Assembly (NCBI RefSeq): GCF_009914755.1
Contig: NC_060942.1
Source: the human T2T-CHM13v2.0 reference genome, Homo sapiens
DNA: 64,000 nucleotides
Strand: one strand, 5' to 3'
Shown here: in pieces, positions 14,035 to 28,624 of the stretch
How the letters are laid out: each line of letters opens with the position of its first letter
Position numbering within the stretch: the first letter of the stretch is position 1
The notes under the pieces: generated by a model
Databases searched by the model: none
The model's input: only the letters and a program-made list of their open reading frames with translations
Told to the model about the DNA's origin: nothing
Position numbers and translations under genes: made by a program

Positions 14035-14552
14035 TGTATCAGTTAGCTAGAGCTGTGTAACAAATCACCTCAAACATGTTGGCTTAAAACTACAATTTAT
14101 TTAGCTTAGGAACTGAAGGTTTCTGGGGGCTGGCTGGTCTAGGATGGCCTTGCTCATGTGTCTGTGGGCAGCTAGAAGGTCAGCTACCAGTTGGCTTTGC
14201 TCAGCTTGCTCAAGGATCAGAGGTCTTGGCTGTGATGAATCAGCTGACTCAGCTCTGCTCCATGTGGTCTTTCATTCTTCAGGAGGCTGGCCCAAACTTA
14301 TTTACATGGTAGTCACAGGTGTCCAACAGAGAAAGCAGAAGCTGCAAGGCCTTTGGGGGACTAGACTCAGGACTAGAAAAGAAAATGTCACTTCTGCCAT
14401 ATTCTACTGGTCACAGCAAATCACAAGGTCAGCCCAGATCCAAGGGATGGGAAAATAGATTACACCTCTTGATAAGAAATGCTACAAGGCTCTTTGTATG
14501 GGCTTGGATGCAAGGGGGCATGGAGAATTGAGACCATTTTTGCAGTCTGTCA
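14035..14552 (-). mobile_element. MLT1 MaLR LTR
   Basis: tgtatcagttagctagagctgtgtaacaaatcacc...ggtcagcccagatccaagg pattern. Confidence 0.7.
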
Positions 14553-15819
14553 TGGGGAGGTTATGAAGATCAAATGAGATTACAAATATAGAGATCTTTG
14601 AAGAAACACACAACTTCATGCAAGGGATAAATATTACCATGGAAGATTTTTCTCATCAATAGGGTTGGGGATGGTAGTGATGCTCTCAGATACATTCACA
14701 TAAATGGGGAACTTGCTTTTCCCTGTTTAAGTGGCTTTATAGGCTAGTTATTTTCAAATGTTTCAAAATTATATTTTCTTCTAAAGAAAAAGAAATCTGC
14801 ATTTATGGTTCAAACCTCTGTCTTTTTTAGGTATATGTTAATGTCATGCCTTTCTAAGCTTTCATGTCAGCAGCATGAAATCAAGAGTTCACTCATTCGT
14901 TCACTAGGCATGGGCCAGACACCAGCTGCACCAGGCCCACAACAGGCACTAGAGCTACAGTGACAAATAAAACCTCATCCCTGCCCTCAAGATGCCCATA
15001 GATGAGTGCAAAGTATTGGAAGTATGAACCAAAACTTGTAGAAAACAGAAAAAGGGGCAGCAAATTTTACTTGGGGGTGTTGGGAAAGTCTTTGCAGCTA
15101 AAGTAAAGTAAACTGGGTTCAAAAGAAAGAGAGGGAGTGTGAACCATGCAAAGAGTTAAGAAGAAAGAATACCACGTGGGAGAACACTATGTGCAAAAGC
15201 ATGGAGTTGTGAAAAGGAATGGGGGACTCGGGAAGCCTTGAGGTTGCCTTGAAACAAGTATGGGACATAGGAGGGAGAGATGGGATATTGATGTTGGGGA
15301 AATAAATTGCAGCAGATTATAAGAGCCACAATACCTCAATCCTTACGCAAAGCCACGAGATCAGACTTTGTGTTTAGGAAGAAGTCTGTGGACAGCAGGC
15401 AAGGTTTTGATTGTGTAGGAAATGAGACAAAGTAAACCAGAACCATAGCTGGGACAGTGGGGACAGGAAGGAGGTAGCACTTATCTACATTTTGCATTTT
15501 TTTATGATGAACATGATTGCATGTACAATAAAAGTGTCAGAATTTGAAAAAAACAAATGTGGTCATCGTCAGCAGATCTGTCTTAGCTAAAGTCATGGGA
15601 GTGGACAGGATCACTGGGGAAGAACATACAGCAAGGCTGAGGCAAGAAAGGTTAGGAAAGGACAGTCCTGAGGAGCACTAGCCTTTAGAGAGAGAGTGGG
15701 GAGGAGGTGGTTACTTCAGAGGAGCCTTAGAAGTCTCAGTCTTAGGAGAGAGGGAAGCCTGAAGGAAAACAGTGCCTAGCCATCACAGAAGAAGACAGTC
15801 TAGGGAGCATGGGAGGAGA

Positions 15820-16040
15820 ATAATTGTAGCTAGTTCTCAGTTATGGCTTAGCATATGCCAGCCCTCATTCTGGCTGTTTTGCATGTATTAAACTTTTTTT
15901 AATCATAGCAGCCATATATTGCAGGTAATGCTCTGAGCCCCATTTTAAAGATGAAAAAATGGAGGCACAGGGAGGTCATATAACCTGCTCAAGGTCACAG
16001 AACGGGTAAGGGGCAAAGCTGAGATTCAGACTGAGGCTGG
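15820..16040 (-). mobile_element. MIR SINE
   Basis: ccccattttaaagatgaaaaaatggaggcacag...aaggtcacag. Confidence 0.8.
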
Positions 16041-16789
16041 GGTGACAGAGGGAGAGATAAGATTGTAATTTAAGGCAGACAGTGGGCAAGGGATTCAACT
16101 TTAAGATGAGAGAATCAGGCACATTTGCAGGTGAAGAGGAAACTGCTGCTAGAGACAGATTGAAGGCAGAAGAGGGAAATACTCAGGCAAAACCAGGCTG
16201 AGCAGGAGGCAGGAGGCACAGTTGTTCTGCAGGACAGCTGGAAGGAAGAAAGGCCTTGAGAGGAGACATGGCAGAGAGGCAGGGAGACCAGGGCCATGGG
16301 GAAGGGAGGGAATGTGGAGGGCATTTCCTGCTTTCTCCATGAATTGTCATCTTCTCTCACTGTGAAGGGAGGGTGGAGTGAGGGTATATGGGGACGAAAA
16401 GAGCAGTGATTGTCTAGAGTGGATATTTTGGGAATGAGAAAGGGAGATGAGAACAGAGGGCAGAGGGGTGTGGGCCCAGCGATGAGGGCATCTCATGGAC
16501 GTGGGCCACCCGTGTGCCTTGCACAGGGCTGCAGGAACAAAGGACAGGTGGGGGACAGACAGAGAAGCAAGGGACCCAGGGTCCTAGAGAGCAACCCTCT
16601 GGGATGTCCAGGCTCAGTATCCAAGCTAAGGAGAGAGGCCGTGGAGCCAGGAGAGTCCAGAACAGTGGGTGAGAGAGTTGAGAAGTAGCAAGCTCAAGGT
16701 CCTTCTAAGAGTTAAGGAAAGCTAGAAGTCAATGGAGAAGAGAAACTCACCACACCAAGTGCATTGTGTGGGGCCAAAAACAACACCAA

Positions 16790-16965
16790 CATCAAGGGCC
16801 CTGAGTCTTACAGACTGAGTTTTAATCCTGCCTCTGCCACTCACCCAAGGTAAGTGGTGTATCTCCTCCGAGCCTCAGTTTTCTCATCCTCAGAATGGAT
16901 ATAATAATAATTCTACTCACACAGTTGTTGGGAGAAGTGCTTGACACATAAGCAGTCAATGTTAG
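16790..16965 (+). mobile_element. MIR SINE
   Basis: aatcctgcctctgccact...gagcctcagttttctcatc...ataataata. Confidence 0.8.
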
Positions 16966-17168
16966 CTGTGTTGTTGTTGATATTGCTGTATTGTTATCCA
17001 GCGGACTCTGAGTCCCGAATGACCCTAGAGGACAGTCACTTGATCTAGTCTCTGAGCAGCACTACTTCTAAGATGCCCAAAGAGAATCACAGCCTGATCT
17101 GTTTCTAGTCCTCCAGAGAAGCTGCCCTCATTTCCCCATTGTGTGCTCAGCCTGGTGAATAAGCTCTC

Positions 17169-17300
17169 TGTCTTAGTTTATTTTCTGTTGCTATACCAGA
17201 ATACCACAGACTGGGTAATTTATAATGAATGGAAGTGTATTCAGCTCACAGCTCTAGAGGCTGGGAAGTCCAAGAACATGGTGCCAGCATCTGGAGAGTG
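17169..17300 (-). mobile_element. MST/MLT1A-type LTR fragment
   Basis: tgtcttagttt...ataccacagactgggtaatttata...ggctgggaagtccaag. Confidence 0.75.
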
Positions 17301-18966
17301 GCCTGAACAATGAGATATAGATGAAAAGAGAAAAGGTCTAAATGAACATGCATGACATCATTCAGCTCAGAATACCTTTGCTCTTGACCTACTGACTTCC
17401 AAAGCATCAAGAATCAGACACCAGGAGATGATGAACAAGAAGGGTTCACCATGGGCACATGGTCTAGGTAGACAAGCCTCCACCTCTAGCATTTAAGTAG
17501 TATAATTCCTGACCTCAGAAGGGATTGAGATGGCCTGTTACAAATTAATAAAATGATATTGGGCTAGAGATGCTAGGAAATGTGCAAAATCCTCTGCTTC
17601 TAGGTTAGAAATTTTGCACTTTAGGACTTAGTATTCAGACATACCAGAGCAGGTGGTATAACATGTACAGATAAGAAAGGATTTTTTCTATTATGTGCTC
17701 TTGACCATTTGTGATACTGACAAAAGCCATATCAATAAAAAAAAATTCATTTCAAGTTTATTTTATGAGAAATACCCCCACGCTTAAAAGTTAGGAAAAG
17801 GGAATGTAAAATAATCAATAAATACAATAAACACACACAAACTTTAGTCCAACGTGCTGATTTTAGAGATGAGGAAACTGAGGTCCAGTGAGGGGATGAT
17901 GTTCCTGGGTCACACAGAGAGCTTTCTGACCATGTGCTCTCCCACCACCCTTTACTGCAATGTCACTATCTGTGACTTACTCCTGCTGGCTCTTCCCTGT
18001 CATTCCCACACTGATGTCACTGATGGGCATCTTCACATGGCATCTCCAATGTGACATACCCCTGGGAATTTCAAAGTTACCCACCCCCCTTAGGAACACT
18101 CCAGATGACAAAATGGAACCACTGCCTGCCCAACCACCACTCATGGAGTCTCATCTTCCTCCTGGCCCTTATAGAGGTGTCTCCAGGTACAGTCTGATCT
18201 CCTCACCACCCACCCACCAGGGTCTAGCATCAAAGCTTTGTTTCTTGCATGGAATCCTGATCCTTGGGACATGAGGCTTCAAGGTTAGATGTTCTACATT
18301 CCAATTATCCTTTGCTGGAAAGAGACATTGGAGAAGGGAAGCAGGAAGGAGTAGAGCAAATACATGTGTGTGACTTTTCAGCATGTTCTACACAGCTTTC
18401 TTCCTTGTGCTCTAAATCCTCTTTCACTATCATTTAACAGGATGCCCTATTCCTACCTCCCAGGCCATGGCAACTCCAAGCCACTTGGCAACCCCATTAC
18501 ACCTGAAATGATCTTCCCCAGCTTCTCTCTTGACAACTCCCATTCATCCTTAAAGATCCAGCTCAAACAGCCCTTCCTCCCTGAAGCTTTGTCTGCCCCT
18601 GCATCTCACCCTCATCCAAGCACTACAGTCTGTCCTATTCACTGGGTTTCATTTTTATCTTTGCCTTGGAAATCTGCCCTAATTTCTATCCTGTTCTGGA
18701 TCATTACTCTCACTAGCTCCTGAATGCCTAAAAGCAGGACTGTGATTTATTCATCTTAAATCTACATGGTCTAAAACAGTTCCGTATACATGGTATTTAT
18801 TCAATGATTGTGGATGAATGAATAAATGAATGAGATAAGACAGGCACTAGGGGAAAGAAACAAAAGAAAGCACCCAAAACTCCCACACTCAACCTGCACA
18901 TCCAGATAAGAAATCTTGGGAAATAAAACATATAGAATAGCAATGACTGAGAAATATAATGTCAGG

Positions 18967-19385
18967 AGTGATGTGCTGGTAAGCCAGCTCTTGAAAAAAA
19001 AACAAAAAGCCCCAATTTCCATGGTATAAAAACACCCACTGTGGTTGATTTCACACTACCATCCTGACCTCACTAAACACAGAAATTGAGAGGAAAGACA
19101 CACAAGTGGCTCTCATGAACTGGTATGAGCTGGCTCCAGTACACCATTGCATGCAAGCCATATGTGTAATTTTAATTTTCTGGTAATCACATTAAAAATT
19201 GTAAAAAGAAAAATTTAATAATGTGTTTATTTAGCCCAATAGACCCAAAATATTTTTAAAATTATTACTGAGTTTACATTATTGGTTTCACGTAAAGTCT
19301 TTGAATTCTGTATGTATTTATACTGCAGTATATGTCAACTTGAACTTGCTGTATTTGGCTAGTGGCCGCTGTATTAAAACAGTGC
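18967..19385. mobile_element. MER63-like element followed by a MER3/MER33-like hAT fragment
   Basis: gtgatgtgctggtaagccagc...gctggctccagtacaccattg termini, then gccatatgtgtaattttaattttctggtaatcacattaaaaa...ggctagtggc. Confidence 0.55.
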
Positions 19386-20291
19386 AGGGCTAGAATCACA
19401 GAATCAGAGCCACACAGTGACAGAATAACCTGGCCACCATGTTTTTTTAAGATTTTGGATACAGGGTGATTTTTCAGATGGTGTTGCATTTTTACAACTT
19501 CAGGCAGAAATGGTACTTGTCTTGTGGGCTAGACTAATTTAGGAGGATCCCAGATCTGTTACACTTTAACAGAAACTCATGCCTCATCTCAGCCATATGC
19601 CTGCTCCATCAGGATCCTACGCCACATGCCCACACTTACTAATTACCACATATTCTTTCCGGCTTTGTATGTGGGGTTGAAGGCAGCTAATGAACAACCT
19701 GTAGCAGTTTTTTTCTCTGCACCATGTGGCAATTCAGCAACAGAAATGGCCCTCCTTCTAGGACTGCTCCTTCCATCACAGAACGAGGTTTGATTTTTCA
19801 GAAGCTAAATATGAATGCACAGTGTTCAGAAATGCACCTGTTGATTAGCCAAGGAGTTGAGCTGCCCCTTAGGAGCCTCAAGGTGGCGAATGTAGGGCCT
19901 TCTTTTTTGAAAAGAGAGTTTGCAACTTTGAAGCAGAGGCCCAGGCATCAGAAGTCGTAGAACCCAGCTCTAGCTCTGTGTGAGCTAGAAAATTCCTTCA
20001 TCTCTGTCATTTGGCCTATGCTTCTATAATCTGACTTTAAGACTCTGATAGCAGGTTTCTGAATATAGAACGAAGTGATGTTTATGAAAATGCTGTGAAA
20101 AAAATGTTAAGTGCTGGAATCGGAATCTTGAGATGAAACGCAGCAGATCTTAGTGGGAGATTCACGGAATATGAATAGGAAAACATGAGTTCTTTTCTTG
20201 GCTCCATCAAAAATAGTCTGTGGGCAAGTCAATTAATCTCTCTGGGCCTTTTCCTGATCACTAGAAGGAAAGGGCCAGTCCAGATGACCAG

Positions 20292-20728
20292 TGGAAATTA
20301 GATCATGACACCCTCTCCTAACACCTTCCAGTGGCTTCCCATCTCCCTCAGCATCAGATTCCCACACCTCACCTCTTTGACACCATGTCCTCCTCCTCCT
20401 CCTCCTTCCTGGGCTTCAGACATTCTGGCCTTCTTGCTGTTCATTTGACCCTCACATCTCATTCACAGGACACCTTTCAGTGAGGTGTTCCCTGACTGCT
20501 CTATTTTAAATTGTAACTCCGTCCCCTATCATATTTCTTTCATAGCAGTTATCACCTCCCTAGCATATCATTTAGTGATATATTTTGATTATTGCCTCCC
20601 CTCTCTAGAATATAATCTCCATAAAGTCAGAAATTGTTGTCAGTTTTTTAACCTAGTATATTTCCAGTATCTAAAACAGCACACAATAGGTCCTCAACAA
20701 ATAGTAGTTGAATGAATGAATGAATAAA
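20292..20728 (+). mobile_element. L2 LINE 3' fragment
   Basis: Ends in taggtcctcaacaaatagtagttgaatgaatgaatgaat. Confidence 0.75.
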
Positions 20729-21199
20729 TGGGAACCATTCTGGCTCTCACATTCCAAGATTATGTTTCCTATTAAGAAAAATTAGCATTCTACCAGAGAA
20801 GTTGACAGCCAAAATTCTAGAAATTTATCATAGGCATACCTGAATTACCCACCCTGCAAGGCAGATCCAGCTTAGTTCCCCTGGAGCCCTGAGCCCAGAG
20901 AAGTGAAACTAACAGGGTGGCTTCCTTTGTCTGGTGACCCACAGCCTCCCATTCACGCTACCTGCTCTTCCAGTCCTCGACTCCACTCCCTCCCTACTGC
21001 AGATACCCCAGTACCCACCTGCCCCCTTCTCCCTCTGCATGAGCCACTCTCAGAGATGCTCTGATGGCCTGTTCTGAGCAATGGCTCCGCGAGAGTCCTT
21101 GAGTGCCTGTTCCTGAGCAGAACTGGTTACACCCTATCTCGCACTTAGAGCAGGTTCGAGGGTTCCTGTGATGCCACCTCGCACTGGGAAAAGTAAGGC

Positions 21200-21860
21200 T
21201 TTATTCACATACTTATTCAGTCAACATGGATTAATTGGGTGTGTTGGGGAATACGGAAGCAGACAAGACAAAGTGCCCTCTGCCCTCCTGTGGCACCGAC
21301 AAGTAATAAATATGTTAATACATATATAATACACCATCAGCTAGTGATAAATACTATTAGGTTTGTGCAAAAGTAATTGCGGTTTTGCCATTGCTTTCAG
21401 TATTTTAAAGTGAGGTGGGTTAGACGAGAGAATGGCAGGGAGTGTCACTCTAGGTGAGGTGGTCACAGAAGGCTGCCCTGAGGAGACCTCAGTGAAGTGA
21501 GGGGGCAAGTCCCACACCCGGAAACAATCAGTGCAAAGGCCCTGAGGCAGCAGTGCGCCTGCCTTGTCCAAGGAGCCTCAGATGTCAGTGTAGTGAGGAG
21601 TGGGGGAGGAGAGGAGAGGAAGTGGGAGAAATCGCTAGAAGCTGACGCTCATAAACTTTGAAGGCCTTGGCACTGATTGGGATTTTGTTCATAGTGTGCT
21701 AGAAAGGGATTAAAGGGTCCAGAGCAGGGAAGTGCCATGATTTGACTTAGGTTTGCAAAGGATACTTCTGGCTGCTGAATGGAGAATATTCTGCAGGGGA
21801 ACAAGAGTGGAGGCAGAATGGCAGGCCATTGTACCAGTCCAGATGACACACAGTGGTGAC
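21200..21860 (-). mobile_element. L2 LINE fragment (hosts the MADE1 half)
   Basis: attcacatacttattcagtcaacat...cagtgcaaaggccctgaggcag...ctggctgctg. Confidence 0.7.
21357..21399. mobile_element. Half MADE1 (Hsmar1-derived MITE)
   Basis: TA + ttaggtttgtgcaaaagtaattgcggttttgccatt is one Hsmar1 TIR. Confidence 0.85.
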
Positions 21861-22230
21861 CTGCCCAGGCCGTGACTGCTTGCCCTTTGCCGTGCCCCAG
21901 CGTACTGCAAGCTTGTCCACCTTTTGAGTCCCTGCTCTTCCATCAGAGTCCACAGGTCCCTTTCCTCCATCTCCCAATCTACAATCAGGTGTGTCAGTGG
22001 TTTGCAGCCTTAGGTTACCCCCACCTTCAAGCTGAATGAGGATCCCACAGACCACACCCTTCCCAAGGGACACTGTCAGGGATCAGAGGGGGAGTCTTGG
22101 GGGTATGAGGAGCAGTGGAGATAAAATGCCAACTATAACTTTGCCCCTTTCCCTATCAATTTAAGAACTTATCATAGAATATGCAGGAGTAAGAATAACT
22201 GTCCTTACTAGAAAAAAAAAAGTTTATTCT

Positions 22231-22512
22231 TCTTTATTTTAAATTATTTTTTTTGAGACAGAGTCTCACTCAGTCACCCAGGCTGGAGTGTAGTTGTGCG
22301 ATCGCAGCTCACTCTCAGGTTCAAGCGATTTTCCTGCCTCAGCCTACTGACTAGCTGGGATTACAGGCACATACCACCACACCCGGCTAATTTTTGTATT
22401 TTTAGTAGAGACACGGTTTTACCATATTGGCCAGGCTGGTTTTGAACTCCTGGCCTCAAGTGATCCGCCTGCCTCGGCCTCCCACAGTGCTGGGATTACA
22501 GACATGAGCCAC
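22231..22512 (-). mobile_element. AluS SINE with small internal deletion
   Basis: Reverse Alu consensus blocks; lacks the gcaacctccgcctcc segment. Confidence 0.9.
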
Positions 22513-25500
22513 ATTCTTTAATTGTTAAATTATGCACTCACAAACTCAGTATGTTAACTATACTAATAACACAGTAATGGCTTGCAAGGTGCCAACACAC
22601 AATCAGTTGCTTTCACCAATACATCAACACCAGGGTTGAGAACCCCGTTCCAGGATACTTTTTGGGGCATATGGTTAAAAAATATCTTATTTGGCCCTTC
22701 GATTATGTCCTCTTGTCTATTTTTTATCCCATGAACCTAAAGGTAGTTTCCCAGGAGGCAAGAACCACAGCTTCTCCTCCTCTGGTCTAGTTCACTGTCA
22801 GCACCAGTGGATAGATGAGCAGAGGGTAGCAGGATCTGAGATACAGAACCTTTCAAGGCACGAGTTGGCATCAAAACCTGCCCTTATGAGGCTGTTGAGC
22901 CAGAAGAGATCTTGGAAGTCACTTAATCCAGCTCTCTGATTTCCCAGAGAAAGAAACTGATGCCCAGGAAGGTGAAGTGACTGGCCTAAGACCACCCAGC
23001 TAGGAAAGGCAGGTGAAGATAGTGAGGCCAAGAAGCTATGTGTGGAAGCTCCCACCCTCACCAGTTCACGGTCTGCTATATCGGTGTTGAAAAAAACGCA
23101 GAGGGCACAAACCTCTTCATCTCATTGCAATCCTCATAGCCATCCTAGAAGTCAGAAACAGATGCCACCGCTATCCCCATTTCATAACTAGAACAAACAA
23201 AGTCCAAGATTCTGCCTAGTGGTTTGGACCATATGTTGCAGGGGGGCGCTAGGGCAGCAGGGAGATGATTGAAAATGCCGGATTGACCCTTTTTTTAATC
23301 CTTGAAAAGGGGAATGCTGAGGTGAGGATGATCATGGAAAGACTGTCATTCAGAGAAGAATTCAAATTCTTCTATGTAGCTCCAGAGGCAGAATGAGGAC
23401 CTGGGCCCAACAGGAAAGAGAGATGTCTGATCACTAGGGCTCTCTGAAAATAGAAGGAACTGGCTGGGGAAATGGTGGGCTCCCAATTTCTGAGATGTCC
23501 TGGGCCGAGGCTGGAGGTCAGTGAGTCAGGGGCACTGCTGAGAGGACTCCAGCTTCAGGGGCAATTGGACTGAATGGCCTCTGAAGTCTCCTTCAGGCCT
23601 GATATGTAACAATTCTGTTTACAGGGGACTTGGCAGTGGATTCTGTCTCATAAAAAGAGTTTCTCCCACCCACATGGCTGGAGGCATTCTCCCTAATGAA
23701 GTCATCCCAAAGGACTACAGCTGAATGTCTTCCAACCCCTAAGGATGGGATGAGGAGAAATGACCTTAAGTCATGTGACATCCATCGGCCCTGTGAAAGA
23801 CTTCCTATGTTGTGAGCTTAGAGGTAGGGTGCAGCTGCCAGAGGGTGTTACTAAAACTCCTCTCTGGTGATCTCTGAGGAGAATGGGGATACCCACGGTC
23901 CTCACGGCTTTGGATAAAGCAGTGTGCAGGCAGGGGGATTGATTTTGTGACCTTTCCCAGTTTCCTCCAGCCTGTTCCAGCTACAATTCTACGATAAAAG
24001 CATTAGAGGGCCCAGAGGTGGTTTAGCCTCACTTCTCCCATTCTGGTGATTGAAGACATTTTTTCTAAAACCCTATAAACCCTAAACCGTAATTCTTTTA
24101 CAGCAAAGGGAAAGACAGTACAGTCATGCACAGTTTGAAGCAAGGGAGTTACAGGGAGAGGTGAAAGGGAGAGGAAGGTCTGTTTAGATTGTGGTTGTCT
24201 TTTTTTGTTTGGGGTTGGTGGGTGGGGGGGGTGTTAAATGTGAAGTTTGATGACTGAACAAAGAGAGCAAAGGAGAAAAAATGTGAAAAAACTCAAACCT
24301 GCAGTTTTCTGATACACAGAAGGGAAACCCAAACTCCACTCATTATGGCACATATTTATGGCAGATCATAACATTAAATTACAACTCCGCGGCCTCGGCC
24401 AGGACTGTGGAGTTCTTCCCATGTGCTTCCAATTAAGCCTGTTTGAAGTTGCCCTGGATATTTATTTGTAGGGGATTTACTGCACAGAACGATTAAAGTT
24501 TGTTCTTGTTAAGAGTTGGGGGCTAGTTTTGGGGGTGGGGAGCTGGAAAGGAAAAAAAGCTGGAGAGAGAAAGGGGGGCTGCAAGGTACCCCAAATGAAT
24601 ATACGTGTATGTCTTAAAGTGCACACAAACACACACACAAGGGCCCTTTGTTTTCAACATGGTGAGGGGCCAACATCTCTGACTGTGATTTTGTTTATAG
24701 GAAATCCTTTATAATGCACGTTTAGTGTTTCCATATGGAATTCTCATAGGACATTTCCCCGCACCACCCTCCCCACTCCCCTTTTTTTATTTGGATAAGG
24801 CAAGAGAAAAGGGACTGTACATTCCAAAGATTCATAGTCATTCCGGATCAAATTCAATGGATTTTGGCAAGAGTTGAAAAACCCAGATGCAGGGCTTCAG
24901 CCTCCCGCTGAGCCGCCTCCAGCTGCGAGTGTCTGGTGGAGGCACTTTGTAAAATCATGAAAACCCTATTAAATTCATGAAATATGATATACTGTCGTTT
25001 CAGACTAACTTTCCATTGAACTGTCCATGAAGAGAGAATTTGGTTAACTTGCTGAAGAAGAGGGAAGTGGCAAGGCTGGGGCAGGGAGGGGAGGAGGGAG
25101 GCGCTATTGAAGAAAGAATGCAAAGAAAGGTAAGGAATTCTGAGGAGCTTGCAAATTTCTGTGTCTGAGCGTGAGAGCTCCTTAGGACCCCAGCAGAACT
25201 GGGCTTTCTTGAGGTTTGGCTCTTCTCAGAAAATGAGGTGGTCGCCATCATTCCTCTCCCAAGTGGGTGAATATCTCATTTTGACCACTTTAGCTGCTGG
25301 GATGATTTGCTTCAGAGCGCATGAGACTCCAGCAATTCTTTGGCAGACATTTAGGTTCTGCCCCACCTTGTCTTCTAGCTGAGAGGCCAAAGGCAGAGAG
25401 AGAAAGAGGGAGTAACTTGCCCAGGGTCCAACAGTTTGAAAACCCAGAGTTCCTGAATCCCAGTTTGGCTCTTTCCATCAAAGCATGTCCCTTCCCTGGA

Positions 25501-26019
25501 TAAATGAGATAGAGAGCTTCACTGCGGGTGCTGGCTCTCCTTGCCTCAGATCAGAGCTGCTGACAACATTGTTTTTTGCATAAACTCACAGGCCCATACT
25601 CCCCCCAGCTATGAAATGGTCCATCCTAAAGAAGTTGGACAGTCTTAGTTCATTTCCCACTGGACTATAATTCACATCGTAAAACTATTGCATGTTTATT
25701 TTCAAACAGAACAGGGTGAGGAGTCTCTGGAGGTGAATTGGTTTTGTTTTCTGGAAACCGCCACAGGACATGGGCAATTGCAGGAGCTCACGTGTGTGTA
25801 CAGAGTTTGTCTTGCAGAAAGCCAAGCGGGGCTCTCCTTTCCCAGGTCTTGGCACCCTAGGGGTCTAAAGTCCAGACCCCTGGAATGTAAGGGCAGACAG
25901 GAACATCAGGACCCACCTGCCATTCATGCAAAGGCCCTGAAGTAGGAATGTCACACCCTGCAGTTGGCAGCATCTCTGACCCAGCTGCCAGGGACAGCTT
26001 CATGCCTAGAAAATTATCA

Positions 26020-26275
26020 GAGTAAAAGCTGACATTGATTGAGTGCTTACAGTGTGCTAAGGCACTGTTCTAAGGCACTGCTCTAGACATGGATTAAATC
26101 ACTTCATCCTAACAACCCTGCAACGTAATGATATTATCCCCATCTTGCAGATGACAAAATTGAGGCAAGTCGCCCAATGTCTCACAACAGACTAAGATCA
26201 CATAACCAACATGAGTGACTGAGCCAGTATGTGAACCTCAGCATGGGTGCTGCAGAGTCTGAGCTCTCAAATTGC
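26020..26275 (-). mobile_element. MIR SINE
   Basis: gctgacattgattgagtgcttac...attatccccatcttgcagatgacaaaattgaggc. Confidence 0.8.
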
Positions 26276-26582
26276 CACCACCCTCCCCACTCCCAATCCC
26301 ACCCCAACACACAGACCTAAATACCACATGTCAGTCACTGAGGTCTTAACTCTCCCTCTTCTCACCCCCATTGGAGGTGTATTTTTTTATTTAAAGTTTT
26401 CCTACCCTCTCCTTACTCTTCTGATATGCAAATATCCCTGAGGGTGGTAATAGCTTGTTACTAATAATCTAAGCCAATGCTTCTCCAACTGTAATGGGCA
26501 TACACATACCCCCAGCAGTCCTGTTCAAATGCAGATTCTCATTCAGTAGGTCTGTGGAGGAGTCTGAGATAACAATATTTCT

Positions 26583-26882
26583 TGTTTTGTTTTGTTTTTT
26601 TGAGATGGAGTCTCGCTCTGTTGCCCAGGCTGGAGTGCAGTGGTGCGATCTCAGCTCACTGCAACTTCCGCCTCCCGGGTTCAAGCAGTTCTCTGCCTCA
26701 GCCTCCCAAATAGCTGGGATTACAGGTGCCCACCACCACACCCAGCTAATGTTTTTGTATTTTTAGTACAGACAGGGTTTCACCATCTTGGCCAGGCTGG
26801 TCTTGAACTCCTGACCTCGTGATCCACCCACCTCGGCCTCCCAAAATGCTGGGATTACAGGCATGAGCCACCACGCCCAGCC
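26583..26882 (-). mobile_element. AluS SINE inserted in a MER5-type element
   Basis: Reverse Alu; 17-bp TSD GAGATAACAATATTTCT at 26566-26582 and 26883-26899. Confidence 0.95.
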
Positions 26883-28283
26883 GAGATAACAATATTTCTA
26901 ACAAGCACCCAGTGCTGCTGCTGGGTCATAAAGTACACTTTTGAGTAGCAAGGCTCTAGGCTATTTACCTGATTGCTTCTCTCCACCAAAGGAGACCCCA
27001 CTATACACTAAGAGTTGTGGGTACATGAAATGAAGACACATGCAGAAAAAGGGACCTGGGAGAGCCAAAGACATTTCATCAGTTTCACAGCTGTGGTCCA
27101 GGCTAGCCCATTTGCCACCCATCAGTAGAGCCACTAGATTTCCAAGCTTCAAGTGCCAGGCACTGGTAGACATGGGGAAGCATGCAGAGTTTTTGGAGCC
27201 CTGAGAAGCCTTTTGATTTTAACCTCTTCAGCAGCATGCAATAGCCAGATGATACAGGAACAGAGAGTCCAATACCTCTATACCCATGGCAGGGCAGTAA
27301 TATATATACAGTAATCACTGGGGTCAAGAACAGTCAGCATCAAATCCCTCCCTTCCATCCTGGGGGAAAGGTTGCTTACCAAGAGGAATTGGCCCAGCGA
27401 TAGCAGTTTCCACCTTCTTGCTGGGAGAATTAGGGCAGATATTTAACCTTTATTTAACTTTTCTGTTTCATTTTTTTTAATGTAAAATGAGAAAATTACA
27501 CTAGATTTTTCAACCTCTCTTCCCTCCTCATCCCCAATCTATGAGTCTATAGAAGCCTATATAATAAATAAAAATCCACCAACTCTCTGGATGTCTCAGT
27601 ATTCTGATGTCATTGTTGCCAATACCATGCATCAGGATATCAGATGGAACTGGTTGCATTTCCACCTGGAGGTTGAGTGCCATAAAAACATAGCTTCCAC
27701 ACAACCCTAAGCGCCCCATTCCCAGTCCCATCTTGGGAAGCAGATGCAGGAAAGTTCGTTTCCCATAGTGGCCAAGCATGCTGCCTGAGACTCAAGACTA
27801 GAAGGCAGTGGTCTAGTCCCCAGAGCTCTGCTTCACAGCCAAAACACACTGTATTATATTCCTACCAGCTCTGAATGCCTTGCACAGCCAAAAGGTACAG
27901 GCATTTGAGAGCAGCAAGGGGCAGCACTTGATCCCTGGCCTGTTCTGTCTGGCTGTCTCTGGCAATGGGAAGCCAAGCACCATGGCCTAATGAGGGCCTG
28001 GGAGACCCAGTAGACAGTTCAAGTCCAGCAGAGCCGAGCCCAAATCCTTGCTCTCCCATGTCTGGGTTATGTACTTGTAACTTCTGTTAACTCTTAAGGC
28101 AAAGAGTAGGTGAGCAATAATGTAAAGCTATTCCTCTGAATGACTGTTGACAATAAATCAGACACTCTCTGGATTTGCTCTCCAACCTGATGGAATCCAA
28201 GGGGATCCCTTGGAATCTGCGTTGTCAAACAACTAAAGATCCAAAGTTCTAGACCAGAGCTGTCCAATAGAAATAACATGTGA

Positions 28284-28624
<341 letters not shown>

